From Candidatus Liminaster caballi (lineage in GTDB: Bacteria; Bacteroidota; Bacteroidia; Bacteroidales; UBA3663), in contig JAGHUA010000006.1 in assembly GCA_018065085.1 (NCBI GenBank), positions 12,963-76,962 on the forward strand: a stretch of DNA of 64,000 nt, read 5' to 3'. Under the pieces are notes generated by a model. It was not told where the DNA came from, searched no databases, and worked only from the letters and a program-made list of their open reading frames with translations. Positions 40,183-50,623 of this stretch are shown here, piece after piece; the first letter of the stretch is position 1; each line of letters starts with the position of its first letter. The position numbers and the translations under genes were made by a program.

Positions 40183-42273
40183 TTAATAGCCAGGGTTCTG
40201 ATCACATGCAGAGTTCTTAAGGAGCTCGTCCTCAGGAATTGGCATGAACATCTTATCCATATTGAAGTCGAAGTCACGAGCAGTCTTCCACTGCTTGATA
40301 ACCTCAGGACCAGTCTGTGGAAGGGTATTCTTAGGATAAACAGTGTTAACGTGATCCTCAAGGAAGCCAGACTTGTGGAGGTCTGAACGGAGATAAGGCT
40401 CAGCACTGAACTCCTTACGACGCTCCTCGCCAAGGGCTACGAGCCATGCCTCTGACTTATAGCCAAGGTCAGCCTTACGCTTTGTATAATACTCCTGTGC
40501 AGAAGGAACAGCTACGGTAGTAGTGTTGAATGCGAATGGATAACCATCCAGATCAACAGCATCACCCTTACCATCGCTATCGCCGAAGTAATCAGCTACC
40601 TTCTGGTGGTGAACAGAGAACTTAGCTGCAAGAGCATCAGCCTGACCAACCTCAAGGTTACCGAATGCACGCTGACGGATCTTGTCGATAAGATCCCAGC
40701 CTTCAGCATCCTTACCAAGGTGGAAGCAGCACTCTGCCTGGTCGAGGAGAACGTTAGCATAACGCTTGAAGTAGATGTGGTCTGGAGTCCAGAGGCAACC
40801 AGTACTCCAGTCAGTACCACGACCATTGCGCCAGTGCTTTGAAGACCATACCGTTGGAGCAGGGTCACCAGAAGCCCAGTGATAACCACACCAACCTACG
40901 AATTCCTGGTTGAATGGGTTGAAACCAATTGGATGCTGTGGATCATAGCAACCATTACCGCCTTCATCCTCCATCTTATAATTGTCATAAAGGAACTGAT
41001 GATACTCGTAAATGTCCTTGCCCAGAGCGTCTTTGCCCAGAGTCTCAGCGATTTTTTTGCCGTTTTTATCCTTCGTCCAAACAGTATCATTGTTTGCATC
41101 AAAGACTACGTTTGAATAACCACGGAGATACTTCTTGTTAGCTTCGATCCATGCAGCAGTTGGCTTAACGTGCTGCTCCCAAGTTGGATGCTCAGCAACC
41201 CAAGTCTCAGCAGGAACGGTAGCAGTAACCATTGAAGCATCACGACGCTTATCGAATGAGCCAGCGTATGTACCATCGAGATAGTTCTCAAATGCGTCAT
41301 AGAGCTCCCATGACATCTGGTATGTACCCCATGCGCCATTTGATGTTGGAGCGAAGTAGAAACCAGTCCAACCACGGGCACCAGCATTATCAGCGTCATT
41401 CCATGAACCCCACTTATCACCAGAGTTCAGTACAATCTGCCAGATTGCCTCCTTTGGCCATGCCTCGTCAGCATCGTACAGTGTAGAAAATGATGGAGCA
41501 AGCTCGTAAACACCACTCTTGATAACCTTATCGAGAGCCTCGTATGCCTTCTGATAGCATTCAGCAGCCTTCTCTGGGCAAGTGTATGCCTTCCACATAT
41601 AAGCATCGCCAAGGAATGTCAGAGCCATACCCTTTGTGCAACGGCCATACTCACCCTGGAATGGTTCCCAGTCAAGAAGTTCTGCTGCACCTTCGAAGTC
41701 AGCGATAACGAAATCCCACATCTCCTCGAAATCCTTAGCGCGAGCCTTGGTAGGAGTGTTGTTATAGTTCTCACCTGTGATGAGAAGAGGCACACGGCCG
41801 AATGTGTTGGCAAGAGCGAAGAACTCAAATCCACGGAGTGCCATAGCCTCACCCTTGAGATGACGCTTGGTGTCTTCTGAGACGCGTTCTGCTGTCTCGA
41901 TACCGGCAATGAAGTCGTTGCAGCGTGAAGCGCAGGCATACGACTGCTTCCAGTAGTCACGGAGCTGCTCGTTCTTAGCGGTCCAGTTCTGTGTCATGAA
42001 GTCCTTATCCCAACCTGAAGCCTGAGAGTCCATTGTTGGGTGCAGTCCGTTGAAGATCCAGTACTTATATGGGTCATCATTCTTACCGCCACGACGGTGC
42101 AAAAGGTCATAGCAACCTGTCATACCCTTAATGGCACCTTCGTCAGAAGAATACATTGCAGCCTCATCGAGCAATGAGTAGTGTGTTACATCGAGGAATT
42201 CATCATTGTCGCATGATGAGAATGCAACGCAACCCAATGCAGCTACACCGAAAATCTTAAAGATATTTTTCAT
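40183..42273 (-). CDS. SusD/RagB family lipoprotein
   Basis: Lipobox SSC-DNDEFL, GEAMALRGFEFFALANTFGRVP, RYANVLLDQAE, ERRKEF and C-terminal QNPGY. Confidence 0.93.
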   Translation of the reverse strand: MKNIFKIFGVAALGCVAFSSCDNDEFLDVTHYSLLDEAAMYSSDEGAIKGMTGCYDLLHRRGGKNDDPYKYWIFNGLHPTMDSQASGWDKDFMTQNWTAKNEQLRDYWKQSYACASRCNDFIAGIETAERVSEDTKRHLKGEAMALRGFEFFALANTFGRVPLLITGENYNNTPTKARAKDFEEMWDFVIADFEGAAELLDWEPFQGEYGRCTKGMALTFLGDAYMWKAYTCPEKAAECYQKAYEALDKVIKSGVYELAPSFSTLYDADEAWPKEAIWQIVLNSGDKWGSWNDADNAGARGWTGFYFAPTSNGAWGTYQMSWELYDAFENYLDGTYAGSFDKRRDASMVTATVPAETWVAEHPTWEQHVKPTAAWIEANKKYLRGYSNVVFDANNDTVWTKDKNGKKIAETLGKDALGKDIYEYHQFLYDNYKMEDEGGNGCYDPQHPIGFNPFNQEFVGWCGYHWASGDPAPTVWSSKHWRNGRGTDWSTGCLWTPDHIYFKRYANVLLDQAECCFHLGKDAEGWDLIDKIRQRAFGNLEVGQADALAAKFSVHHQKVADYFGDSDGKGDAVDLDGYPFAFNTTTVAVPSAQEYYTKRKADLGYKSEAWLVALGEERRKEFSAEPYLRSDLHKSGFLEDHVNTVYPKNTLPQTGPEVIKQWKTARDFDFNMDKMFMPIPEDELLKNSACDQNPGY

Positions 42274-42295
42274 AATGATATTCGATAATTATAGT

Positions 42296-45200
42296 TTAGA
42301 ATGTTACGTTAACACCGAAGTTGTAAGTACGTGGCATTGGGTAACGACCTGTATCAAGACCCGTGCAGAGAACTGAACCCTGACCGCACTCTGGATCACC
42401 GTACTTGTTGTACTTAGAGAAGCAAGCCAAGTTCTGAACACCTGCGTAAACGCGGAGGTTCTGGATCATGAGCTGACGAGAGATCTTGCGTGGGAGAGTA
42501 TAACCAACCTGAATGTTAGAAATCTTCAGGAAGTCGCCATTCTTAACCCAAGCGTCGCTTGCACGCATGTTGTAGTTCTTATCGGTGATAGTAAGACGTG
42601 GCTGTGATGCATTTGGATGCTCTGGAGACCATGCAGCAGAAGCAGCAGACTTCAGGATGTTAGGAGTACAGCCGTCATCAGATGCGAACATATTGGTAAG
42701 ACGCATTGCTGAGTAAGAGAAGATCTTCTGGCCGAACACACCATGCATCTGAATGTTTGCATCCCAGTTCTTCCAAGTAAGGCCGATGTTGAAGCCATAG
42801 TTGAATGCAGGGAAGCCATTGCCAAGGATTTCCATATCCTCGCTATTGATTGCACCATCACCGTTGAGATCCTTGAACTTGTAGTCACCGACAGTGGTCT
42901 CAGAAGCATCGTTACCATTAGGGATAGATGCAAGATAAGCAGCAAGTTCATCAGCATCGTGGATAATGCCGTCTGTGCGATAGCCATAGAATGAACCTAC
43001 AGCCTCACCCTCCATGGTGATTGAGTGATTACCCCAGTGATAGCCATCAGCTGCACCGACTGCACCAGTGTTAGAACCGTCACCTGTGCCCTGGCCAGAT
43101 GAGTCAGAGTTTGTATAGTAAACAGGATCACCCATCTTCTTAACCTCGTTGCGGAGAGTTGAACCTGTGAAGGTTACGTTTACAGAGAGGTCGTTGTTGA
43201 AACGCTTGTTCCAACCCAACATGATCTCGAGACCACGGTTCTCGATCTCGCCATAGTTGGTGTAAATATTGTCGTAACCAGATGAAGAACGGATCTGCTT
43301 GTAAAGGAGAAGGTCCTTAGAAGTACGGATGAAGTAATCCAAACCTACAACGAACTCGCTACCAAAGAATGCAGCATCAATACCGATGTTAGTCTGCTCG
43401 TTGGTCTCCCACTTAAGACCGAGATCCTTGAGTACAGGATAGAAGCCCTTGACTACGTTTGGATTATTGCCAAGACCGAGAGCTGCGCCCTGTCCGTAGT
43501 AAACATACATACCATCGACGTTCAAACCTGTTACTGAGAGGTCGGTAGCACCGCCTGAGTTACCTGTCTGACCCCAACCTGCACGAAGCTTCAAGTTGTC
43601 AATCCAATCGATATCCTTCATGAAGTCTTCCTGAGAGATACGCCAGCCGAGGGCTGCTGATGGGAATGTACCCCAGTGGTTCTTAGCACCGAAGTTTGAA
43701 GAACCGTCCTTACGGATAGTTGCAGTCACGAGGTAGCGATCCATGAGAGAGTAGTTAACACGGCCGAAGTACGAAATGCCACGTGACTCGAGGTTAAGTG
43801 CACCATAACCCTGACGGCTCTCATACTTATTGGTTGTAAGGTTGATATCGCGGTTGTTAGGTGATTCGAAACCTGTTGCATTAGCGCTAGCCCACTGACC
43901 ATACCAGCGAGAAACCTCATTACCGAGCATTACGTTCAAGTCATGAACGCCCTTCTCGAAGTGATAATTAAGAGTATTTGAGATGTAGAGTGTCTGGCTC
44001 TCACCGTTGCTTACGCTGAATGCATACTCATTACCATCGCGTGGAGCATAGTAAGCATCACCTACGGCATCTGCGCCACCACCGTTAAGGCCGTTGACAA
44101 GATTGATGTAATTGCCATCGACGATGTTGAAACGCTGGCAGTAGATACCACCATTGAAGTTGTTCGATGAGTTAGAGTTGTAGTCGTAAGAAACGAGGGT
44201 CTTCCAAGTAAGGCCTTCAAATGGAGTAATAGAAAGATATGCGTTAGCAAGTGTGCGGTTTGTGCGGTTGCGAGCGCGATTCTCCATCTGCTTAGCATAC
44301 ATATTGCCGAGGGTTGTGCCCCAGAAACCATCGTTGAAGTTCTTACCACCGGTAACTTCACCGTAAGTGCCGTCAGGGTTTACAACGTTTGGAGAAACGT
44401 ATGTGCCTGGACTAACACCTGCATATGTAACAGTGCTGCTGGTGATGAAATCCATTGAAGGACAAGCAAACGCGAAGTCACGGAGAGAAGAGAGGTTACC
44501 GAAGTTACCTACAGAGCTGTTCGAACCATGAGAGTCAGTATGTGTATAGCTAACCTCTGAACCGAACTCAAGGTACTTGTTAACCTGAGTCTTGACATTG
44601 GCACGAGCTGTGATACGCTGGAACTGGGTGTTAACAACGATACCGTCGTTGCGGAGGAAACCTACCGAACCTGCATAAGTGGTCTTGTCGTTACCGCCAG
44701 AAGTAGAGATGTTGTAGTTCTGCTTCCATGCAGCGCGGGTCATCTGATCCTGCCAGTCGATAGCCTTACGCTTGCCATCGTACTCTGCATTCCAAACAGG
44801 GTTCCACATGATTGGGTTGCCACTTTCATCAACCTGACCGTCATTGACACGAGCCTGACGGAGGTTAGCAGCATAACCGTCAACACCGCAAACATCAAGA
44901 GTGCGTGAAAGAGTCTGAAGACCAAAGTCTGCTGTGATGTTGATGTTAGAGTGACCCTTGCTACCATGCTTAGTAGTAATCATGATGACACCGTTAGCAC
45001 CGGCAGCACCATAGATAGCGGTGGCAGAAGCATCCTTGAGGATATCGATGCTCTCGATATCAGTTGGAGCAAGGAAGTCTGCATTGTTACCAACCTGGAT
45101 GCCGTCAACTACATAGAGAGGAGCAGCTGAGCCATTGATGGTGGCGACACCACGGATACGGATCTGTGCCTTTGAATCAGGAGCACCGTCCTGCATGGTA

Positions 45201-45652
45201 ACCATGACACCAGGAGCAGAACCCTGAAGACCCTGACCGATAGTGGTAGGAGACTTCTTGAGCATAGATTCCTGATCGACAGAAACCACTGAGCCGGTGA
45301 TGTCAGACTTCTTCATGACACCGTAACCAACTACTACTACGTCATCGAGCATCTGCTGATCCTCAACGAGCTCGATCTTGATTGGGCCGTTACCAACAGG
45401 CTTTACGTTCTGTGTGGTGTAGCCAACATAAGAAATTACAAGGACGGCATCATTGCCAATGTTGATGGAGAAATTACCATCTGCATCGGTAATAGTACCA
45501 TTTGTGGTGCCTCGCTCAGCAACGGCAACGCCAATCATTGGCTCGCCATCTGTGTTAGAAAGCACCGTACCCTTGACATTACGCTTCTGGCCAAATGCTA
45601 CTGAGGTAGCAAAGAGGCAAAGCGTCAACAAAAACAAAAGTCTTGTTTTCAT
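42296..45652 (-). CDS. SusC/RagA TonB-dependent transporter (orphan pair)
   Basis: LDDVVVVGYG, PLYVVDG, ILKDASATAIYGAAGANGVIMITTK, LKWET and YPMPRTYNFGVNVTF. Confidence 0.97.
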   Translation of the reverse strand: MKTRLLFLLTLCLFATSVAFGQKRNVKGTVLSNTDGEPMIGVAVAERGTTNGTITDADGNFSINIGNDAVLVISYVGYTTQNVKPVGNGPIKIELVEDQQMLDDVVVVGYGVMKKSDITGSVVSVDQESMLKKSPTTIGQGLQGSAPGVMVTMQDGAPDSKAQIRIRGVATINGSAAPLYVVDGIQVGNNADFLAPTDIESIDILKDASATAIYGAAGANGVIMITTKHGSKGHSNINITADFGLQTLSRTLDVCGVDGYAANLRQARVNDGQVDESGNPIMWNPVWNAEYDGKRKAIDWQDQMTRAAWKQNYNISTSGGNDKTTYAGSVGFLRNDGIVVNTQFQRITARANVKTQVNKYLEFGSEVSYTHTDSHGSNSSVGNFGNLSSLRDFAFACPSMDFITSSTVTYAGVSPGTYVSPNVVNPDGTYGEVTGGKNFNDGFWGTTLGNMYAKQMENRARNRTNRTLANAYLSITPFEGLTWKTLVSYDYNSNSSNNFNGGIYCQRFNIVDGNYINLVNGLNGGGADAVGDAYYAPRDGNEYAFSVSNGESQTLYISNTLNYHFEKGVHDLNVMLGNEVSRWYGQWASANATGFESPNNRDINLTTNKYESRQGYGALNLESRGISYFGRVNYSLMDRYLVTATIRKDGSSNFGAKNHWGTFPSAALGWRISQEDFMKDIDWIDNLKLRAGWGQTGNSGGATDLSVTGLNVDGMYVYYGQGAALGLGNNPNVVKGFYPVLKDLGLKWETNEQTNIGIDAAFFGSEFVVGLDYFIRTSKDLLLYKQIRSSSGYDNIYTNYGEIENRGLEIMLGWNKRFNNDLSVNVTFTGSTLRNEVKKMGDPVYYTNSDSSGQGTGDGSNTGAVGAADGYHWGNHSITMEGEAVGSFYGYRTDGIIHDADELAAYLASIPNGNDASETTVGDYKFKDLNGDGAINSEDMEILGNGFPAFNYGFNIGLTWKNWDANIQMHGVFGQKIFSYSAMRLTNMFASDDGCTPNILKSAASAAWSPEHPNASQPRLTITDKNYNMRASDAWVKNGDFLKISNIQVGYTLPRKISRQLMIQNLRVYAGVQNLACFSKYNKYGDPECGQGSVLCTGLDTGRYPMPRTYNFGVNVTF

Positions 45653-45769
45653 AAGCTTGGATTTTGGTAAATATTAATAAAAAGTGAGTGTGTGTATCTT
45701 ATAGTTTGAATAATGTCCGCATGTGTGCAAAAAGCAATATTTTCGCATGTATGTACGCTTTAACGGCGG

Positions 45770-45777
45770 CAAAGGTA
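45770..45777 (-). promoter_or_regulatory. -7 promoter element for the orphan susC
   Basis: TACCTTTG on the minus strand about 120 nt upstream of the ATG; no good -33 TTTG at canonical spacing. Confidence 0.6.
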
Positions 45778-45832
45778 ATTATATATTTTTTAACATTAGA
45801 TTTTGTCTGTTACATTTTTGTTTTAGTCAAAA

Positions 45833-45848
45833 AATGTAGCGTTACATT
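45833..45848. promoter_or_regulatory. LacI/GalR-type palindromic operator candidate
   Basis: AATGTAGCGTTACATT is a 16-bp near-perfect palindrome with central CG. TGTTAC half-sites occur at 45808 and 45861. Confidence 0.55.
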
Positions 45849-45951
45849 ATCTTTGCCTAATGTTACTCACTTTGATTATCAAACTATTACACGCACCAAA
45901 ATCACAGCTTTGACTATTACATTAGGGCCGTTGTTTCACAAAAATATTAAT

Positions 45952-45986
45952 AAAAAAATAGGATTTCCCCGGTTGGAGAAATCCTA
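45952..45986 (-). terminator. Intrinsic terminator of the bat operon
   Basis: TAGGATTTC...GAAATCCTA hairpin followed on the minus strand by T7. Confidence 0.8.
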
Positions 45987-46030
45987 AAGAAAGAAAAATC
46001 TTATCGCTTATCTTGTATTGATAGTATGTC

Positions 46031-46792
46031 TCAGATCACTTCGAGCATATTGGATGGCATCCAGCCGACGTTGCCATCGGAGAGTTCGATCTCTGACCAT
46101 CCGCTGAGCTGCTGGCGCACACGCACCTTGAGTCCCTCGTGGATGATGAGAAGCTGTGTGCCACTCTCGGCAGGTGTGGAACGGACGGTAACCGTCGGAG
46201 CCATGATCACGGCATGATCGTGGGATGTCTGGCGATCGGCCTGCGCATTGGCATAGAGAATGCTGACGAAGAAAAGGACTATGAGCAACAGGGCTCCGTA
46301 GAAACCGAACTTACGCACAGCCACCTTGCGCATAAAGGCATAACAGATCACACAGCAGAGGAAAAGCAGGAAAAGCACGATGCTGATGTTGCTCCATTCG
46401 TCAGACGAGAAACAGTCGCGCAGGGCATTGCTCCATGTGACGAAGATGACAGGCTGGATGCTTTCGATCTTATCCACACAGTTGAGCTGTGCAAGTTCGA
46501 GGTTGGCACGAGCATCTTCGTTCGACGGATCGCGCTGAAGGCATCGCTCGTAGTTAAGAATGGCCTTGGCAAAAAGCTGCTGCTTATAATACGAGTTGCC
46601 AAGAGCGTAGTAAAGGTCTGGCGAACCGTTGAAAGCCTCGACCAGCACCTCATATTGCTTTGAGGCATCCTCATAGCGTCCCTGTTCGTATGCCAAGGCT
46701 GCCTCTGCCACAAGTTCGGCAGGATTGATGATCTCGGCATGAGCCAGGGTCAAGGTCAGGAAACAAACTATGGCAGTGATTATCTTTTTCAT
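46031..46792 (-). CDS. batE: BatE (TPR + SH3)
   Basis: Start MKKIITAIV; TPR LGNSYYK...AILNYER, TM pair, SH3-like IHEGLKV...GNVGW. Confidence 0.9.
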   Translation of the reverse strand: MKKIITAIVCFLTLTLAHAEIINPAELVAEAALAYEQGRYEDASKQYEVLVEAFNGSPDLYYALGNSYYKQQLFAKAILNYERCLQRDPSNEDARANLELAQLNCVDKIESIQPVIFVTWSNALRDCFSSDEWSNISIVLFLLFLCCVICYAFMRKVAVRKFGFYGALLLIVLFFVSILYANAQADRQTSHDHAVIMAPTVTVRSTPAESGTQLLIIHEGLKVRVRQQLSGWSEIELSDGNVGWMPSNMLEVI

Positions 46793-46847
46793 ATTCAATT
46801 GTGGTTTCAGTGTGAATAATAATATGTCAATACACAAAGGACGAAGG

Positions 46848-48677
46848 TCAGAGTGCCTTCTCAAGCTGTCCGATGATCTGCTCGGCCTTTTCATAGAGCT
46901 TGTCCATGGCCGAACCGTCGGCAGAAGGAGCATAGCGGGCAAACTCGCATGTCTGGAGTACATCGGCACAGCCATCGATGACCTGAGCGTCAACGCCACG
47001 GCTGGCGAGCTGCTGGCGGATGCTGTCAGTGGTAAGCTCACTGAGCTGGATGGACAGTTTGTCTGACACATAACCCATCATTGCCTTGTGGACCGACTCA
47101 TAGAACGCAGATTCCTGCTTTGCCTTGAGAGCCGCAGCCGCAGCCTTGAGACGACGCGTTGCCACCTTGTTGGCCTTACGTGTACGCTGTCCGGTCTCAT
47201 CGGCACGAAGCTTCAACTCGCGACGGTAAACAATGAACACGACAATGAGCACAAGCAGAGGCAGGACAATCCAAAGCCAATAGGCAAGAGTGCCAAAGAA
47301 CGGACGGCTATCGGCACGGAGGCTGTCAGGCGCGATGACATGGATATAACGAATGTCACTGCCGAGCACCTTGATGCGCTCCTGGGTTGAACCTGTATAA
47401 TCTGTGCTGCCCGATGAGGCAGAAGCATCGCCGGCTCCCTTCTCGACATTGAGCATGAACTCGTCAGTACGCGCCACCTGATAAGAACCGGTGCGTGGGT
47501 TGAAGAAACCGAACTCGACAGCCGGAATCTTAAAGTCGCCGGCAAAACGAGGGATGATAGTATATTCGATTACCTTCCGGCCCGAAATGCCATTCTTTGT
47601 GACACGTGTGTTAAGGTCGGTCTTTGGGTCATAGACTTCAAAGTCGGCAGGGAACTCAGGCTGCGGTTCACGCACATACTTCAGATTGCCCGTACCCTCG
47701 ATGGTGATGCGATAGATGACCGCATCGTTGGCCTTGATGCTCGAAGATGTGAGTTCGCCCTTGATTGAGAACTCGCCGACAGCATTCATATAGGATGCAG
47801 GCTTGCCCGACGGCAGGGTCTTTACATTGATCACACGTTCGGCACTTGACACTGGCACCTGGACGTTGGAATAGACGTTGAACGGATCGTCCCAGAAACT
47901 GCGGCGACCGGTATAGACCTGAGCGATGGCCGTGAGTGAACCCGGTTTGATGCGTATCTCGCCAGAATGCTGAGGGAAGAGCATCCACTGACGTACAGGA
48001 TAGGCTCGATAGACACCGCCGTTGAACTGCTCGGTGACAGCCTGGACATTGTCGCCAAGGTCAATCTCCTGAACGGTGAAGCCCTCCATATCAGGGAACT
48101 TCACGTCGTTGACGCTTGCTACGTTCTGGTTGCGGAAATAGAGTTTCATCGTGGCTACGAGAGCCTCTCCCTCATAAACGGTGGTCTTATTTACGTCGAT
48201 GCCAAGCATGATATCGTCCTTGCCGATACCGGTCGATGACTGCGAGCCGCCATTGCGCTTGTCTCCGGACGACTGGTTGTTCTGACTGGCTGCAATAGCC
48301 TTAACTGTCAGTTCGTTGCTGGTATAGAGCTTTCCGCCCACCTTTGCCTTGGCTGCAGGAATGGTATAGGAACCTTCCTTCTCGGCCACAAGCACATAGG
48401 TGTAGGTCGTAGTATTGCTTGTGGTCATCTTTCCGCTCGAATCGATGCTGCGCTGCATATAGGTGCTTGGGAAAGGACCGCTGACCAGTCGCAAACCTGA
48501 AGCCGAAGGATCGCACTCAAAGTTGTCGCACTTATCATTGATCTCGAACTCCACCTGTATGCGCTTGCCAGCCTCGACGGTCGATCCGCCTTTGACGCTT
48601 GCCACAAACGAGACTTCTGCCCATGCCGATGCAAGGGAGAGGAATGCTACAAGTATTGCCAGTAAAAACTTCTTCAT
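46848..48677 (-). CDS. batD: BatD family protein
   Basis: Signal peptide, Ig-like repeats, NAVGEF, GTGNL, C-terminal TM and CEFARYAP. Confidence 0.92.
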   Translation of the reverse strand: MKKFLLAILVAFLSLASAWAEVSFVASVKGGSTVEAGKRIQVEFEINDKCDNFECDPSASGLRLVSGPFPSTYMQRSIDSSGKMTTSNTTTYTYVLVAEKEGSYTIPAAKAKVGGKLYTSNELTVKAIAASQNNQSSGDKRNGGSQSSTGIGKDDIMLGIDVNKTTVYEGEALVATMKLYFRNQNVASVNDVKFPDMEGFTVQEIDLGDNVQAVTEQFNGGVYRAYPVRQWMLFPQHSGEIRIKPGSLTAIAQVYTGRRSFWDDPFNVYSNVQVPVSSAERVINVKTLPSGKPASYMNAVGEFSIKGELTSSSIKANDAVIYRITIEGTGNLKYVREPQPEFPADFEVYDPKTDLNTRVTKNGISGRKVIEYTIIPRFAGDFKIPAVEFGFFNPRTGSYQVARTDEFMLNVEKGAGDASASSGSTDYTGSTQERIKVLGSDIRYIHVIAPDSLRADSRPFFGTLAYWLWIVLPLLVLIVVFIVYRRELKLRADETGQRTRKANKVATRRLKAAAAALKAKQESAFYESVHKAMMGYVSDKLSIQLSELTTDSIRQQLASRGVDAQVIDGCADVLQTCEFARYAPSADGSAMDKLYEKAEQIIGQLEKAL

Positions 48678-48752
48678 ATTCTGTAGTTAGTTCGTTATTC
48701 AAAAATAGATTTCAGAACGATGCAACGATGCGTCGCCATGTGTCAGGATGTG

Positions 48753-49532
48753 TTACCAGTCCTTGAGAGTTCCGTTCATGCGGCGGATCTCCATCTCACG
48801 TTCCTTTTCCTTGTCTTGTTCCTGTTGTTTCCTCATCACACGTGCCTGAGTTTCTTTCTCCTCACGCTCGTTCTGTTCGAGGATGGACTGACGCTGGTCT
48901 TCCGACATCTGACGGTTGTCCTGCTGTTGCTGCTGGTCTTGCTGCTGTTGCTGATCCTGATTCTGCTGCTGTTGCTGGTCCTGTTGCTGCTGGTCCTGCT
49001 GTTGCTGCTGATCCTGGTTCTGCTGCTGTTGTTGTTGCTGGTCCTGCTGATCCTGATTTTGATCCTTCTGGTCCTGATTCTGCTCTTTATCGAGCTGTTT
49101 CTTTGCCACAAGATAGTTATATCGGGCATCATGATCAGTAGGATCCTGTTTCAGTGCCTCCTTGAAGCAATTTGCAGCTTGCTGGTACTGCTGGGCTGCC
49201 ATGGCAATCTCGCCCTTCTGATAAAGAGCCTGCGAACAGAGTTTGCGATTATCGTCGCGATGTGCATCTCTTACCAGACCCGTGAGGATGCTGTCGGCCT
49301 CCTGCATCTTATGGACATCCTGCTGGCAGATAAGTGCGGTGGCGAGGTTAAAACGCGCCACGGTGTCTGACGGATTGATATCGAGCGCACGACGATATGA
49401 CATCTCGGCATCCTGATAACGTCCGGCCTCGAAGTGACTGTTTCCCGAACGGTCATAGCTGCGCACCTTGCTCTGTGCCATCACAGAACAAGCCACCAGC
49501 ATACATATATATATAATAATGTATCGTTTCAT
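48753..49532 (-). CDS. batC: BatC (TPR with Q/D-rich low-complexity region)
   Basis: TPRs, DARYNY, poly-Q/D tract and C-terminal KDW. Confidence 0.9.
   Translation of the reverse strand: MKRYIIIYICMLVACSVMAQSKVRSYDRSGNSHFEAGRYQDAEMSYRRALDINPSDTVARFNLATALICQQDVHKMQEADSILTGLVRDAHRDDNRKLCSQALYQKGEIAMAAQQYQQAANCFKEALKQDPTDHDARYNYLVAKKQLDKEQNQDQKDQNQDQQDQQQQQQQNQDQQQQQDQQQQDQQQQQNQDQQQQQDQQQQQDNRQMSEDQRQSILEQNEREEKETQARVMRKQQEQDKEKEREMEIRRMNGTLKDW
48918..49086 (-). repeat. CAG-rich coding repeat (QDQQQQ units) in batC
   Basis: Repeated ctgctgctggtc/ctgatcctg units on the plus strand. Confidence 0.85.
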
Positions 49533-50560
49533 TCGAACAACTTAATTTTAGAGAACATCGGTGTGGCACGGTCAACGACAAACAGATCGATCAGCAGACA
49601 CAGCATGGCCACAAGCACGAACCAGAAGAACTGATCGTCATATTCGGCATAGACATGGCTTTCGAGTTCGGTAGTCTTCATCTGATGTAGCGACTCGATG
49701 ACCGAATTAATGGCTGAATTGCTGTTGTCGGCATGGGCATAGACACCATGACCGGCCTCAGCCACCTGACGGGCAATCGACTCATCCAGACGAGTGGTGA
49801 TAGGATTGCCGTTGCTGTCCTTGCGCGGACTGTTACGACGACCGGAACCGTCAGGAATTACCGTGCCCTGAACCGAACCGACGCCAATGACATGCGTAGG
49901 GATTCCCTTCTCATAAGCGGCAGTGGCGGCGCCTGCAGCATCATCCTCATGGTTTTCGGCATCGGTAATAAGCACGATAGCCTTGCTGCTCTCCTCTCGC
50001 GGAGTGAAGCTGCGCACCGCCAGGTTGATGGCAGCACCGATGGCCGTACCCTGCACCGAGATATTGCCTGGCGCAATCGATTCGAGGAACATTTTGGCCG
50101 ACACATAGTCATTGGTGATTGGCAACTGCACCACGGCATCGCCAGCAAAGACTACGAGACCCACCTGATCGTTCTTCATCTGGTCGAGCATACGCGACAG
50201 CATTCGCTTTGACTTATCCAGACGGCTTGGGGCGATATCCTCAGCCAGCATTGAGTTGGAGATATCGAGACAGACCATCACCTCGATACCGTCCTTCTTG
50301 ACTGTTTCGAGCTTCGAACCGAACTGCGGACGGGCAGCTGCAACGATAAGGCATATCATGGCCACCATCTGCAGGATGAACTTTATGTTGCGCTTCTGAC
50401 TGCTGACGCCATGCATCAACGGACGCAACAGAGCCACGTCGCCGAAACGGGCAAGCGCATGACGGGAAAGATGTGACGACATGACGAAAATGCCTGTCAG
50501 CACCACAACCGCCAGAAGCAGCCAGAGCATATTGGGATTTGCGAAACGGAAGTTATCCAT
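49529..50560 (-). CDS. batB: BatB (vWA domain)
   Basis: ARPQFG, MIDAS DISNSM, LITDAE. Confidence 0.92.
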   Translation of the reverse strand: MDNFRFANPNMLWLLLAVVVLTGIFVMSSHLSRHALARFGDVALLRPLMHGVSSQKRNIKFILQMVAMICLIVAAARPQFGSKLETVKKDGIEVMVCLDISNSMLAEDIAPSRLDKSKRMLSRMLDQMKNDQVGLVVFAGDAVVQLPITNDYVSAKMFLESIAPGNISVQGTAIGAAINLAVRSFTPREESSKAIVLITDAENHEDDAAGAATAAYEKGIPTHVIGVGSVQGTVIPDGSGRRNSPRKDSNGNPITTRLDESIARQVAEAGHGVYAHADNSNSAINSVIESLHQMKTTELESHVYAEYDDQFFWFVLVAMLCLLIDLFVVDRATPMFSKIKLFE

Positions 50561-50623
50561 TATTCTTTGTTATTGTAAACCGATAAATCTGTTATTGTGA
50601 ACCGATAATCCAGTTGTTGCCTG

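Noticed and set aside
46793-47071. N-terminal extension of the batE ORF (346 aa in the track)
   Set aside because: It overlaps batD. The signal-peptide-bearing start MKKIITAIV at 46792 is far more plausible.
48918-49086. Poly-Q tract as a phase-variation switch
   Set aside because: Triplet-based, in-frame and a usual low-complexity feature of BatC.
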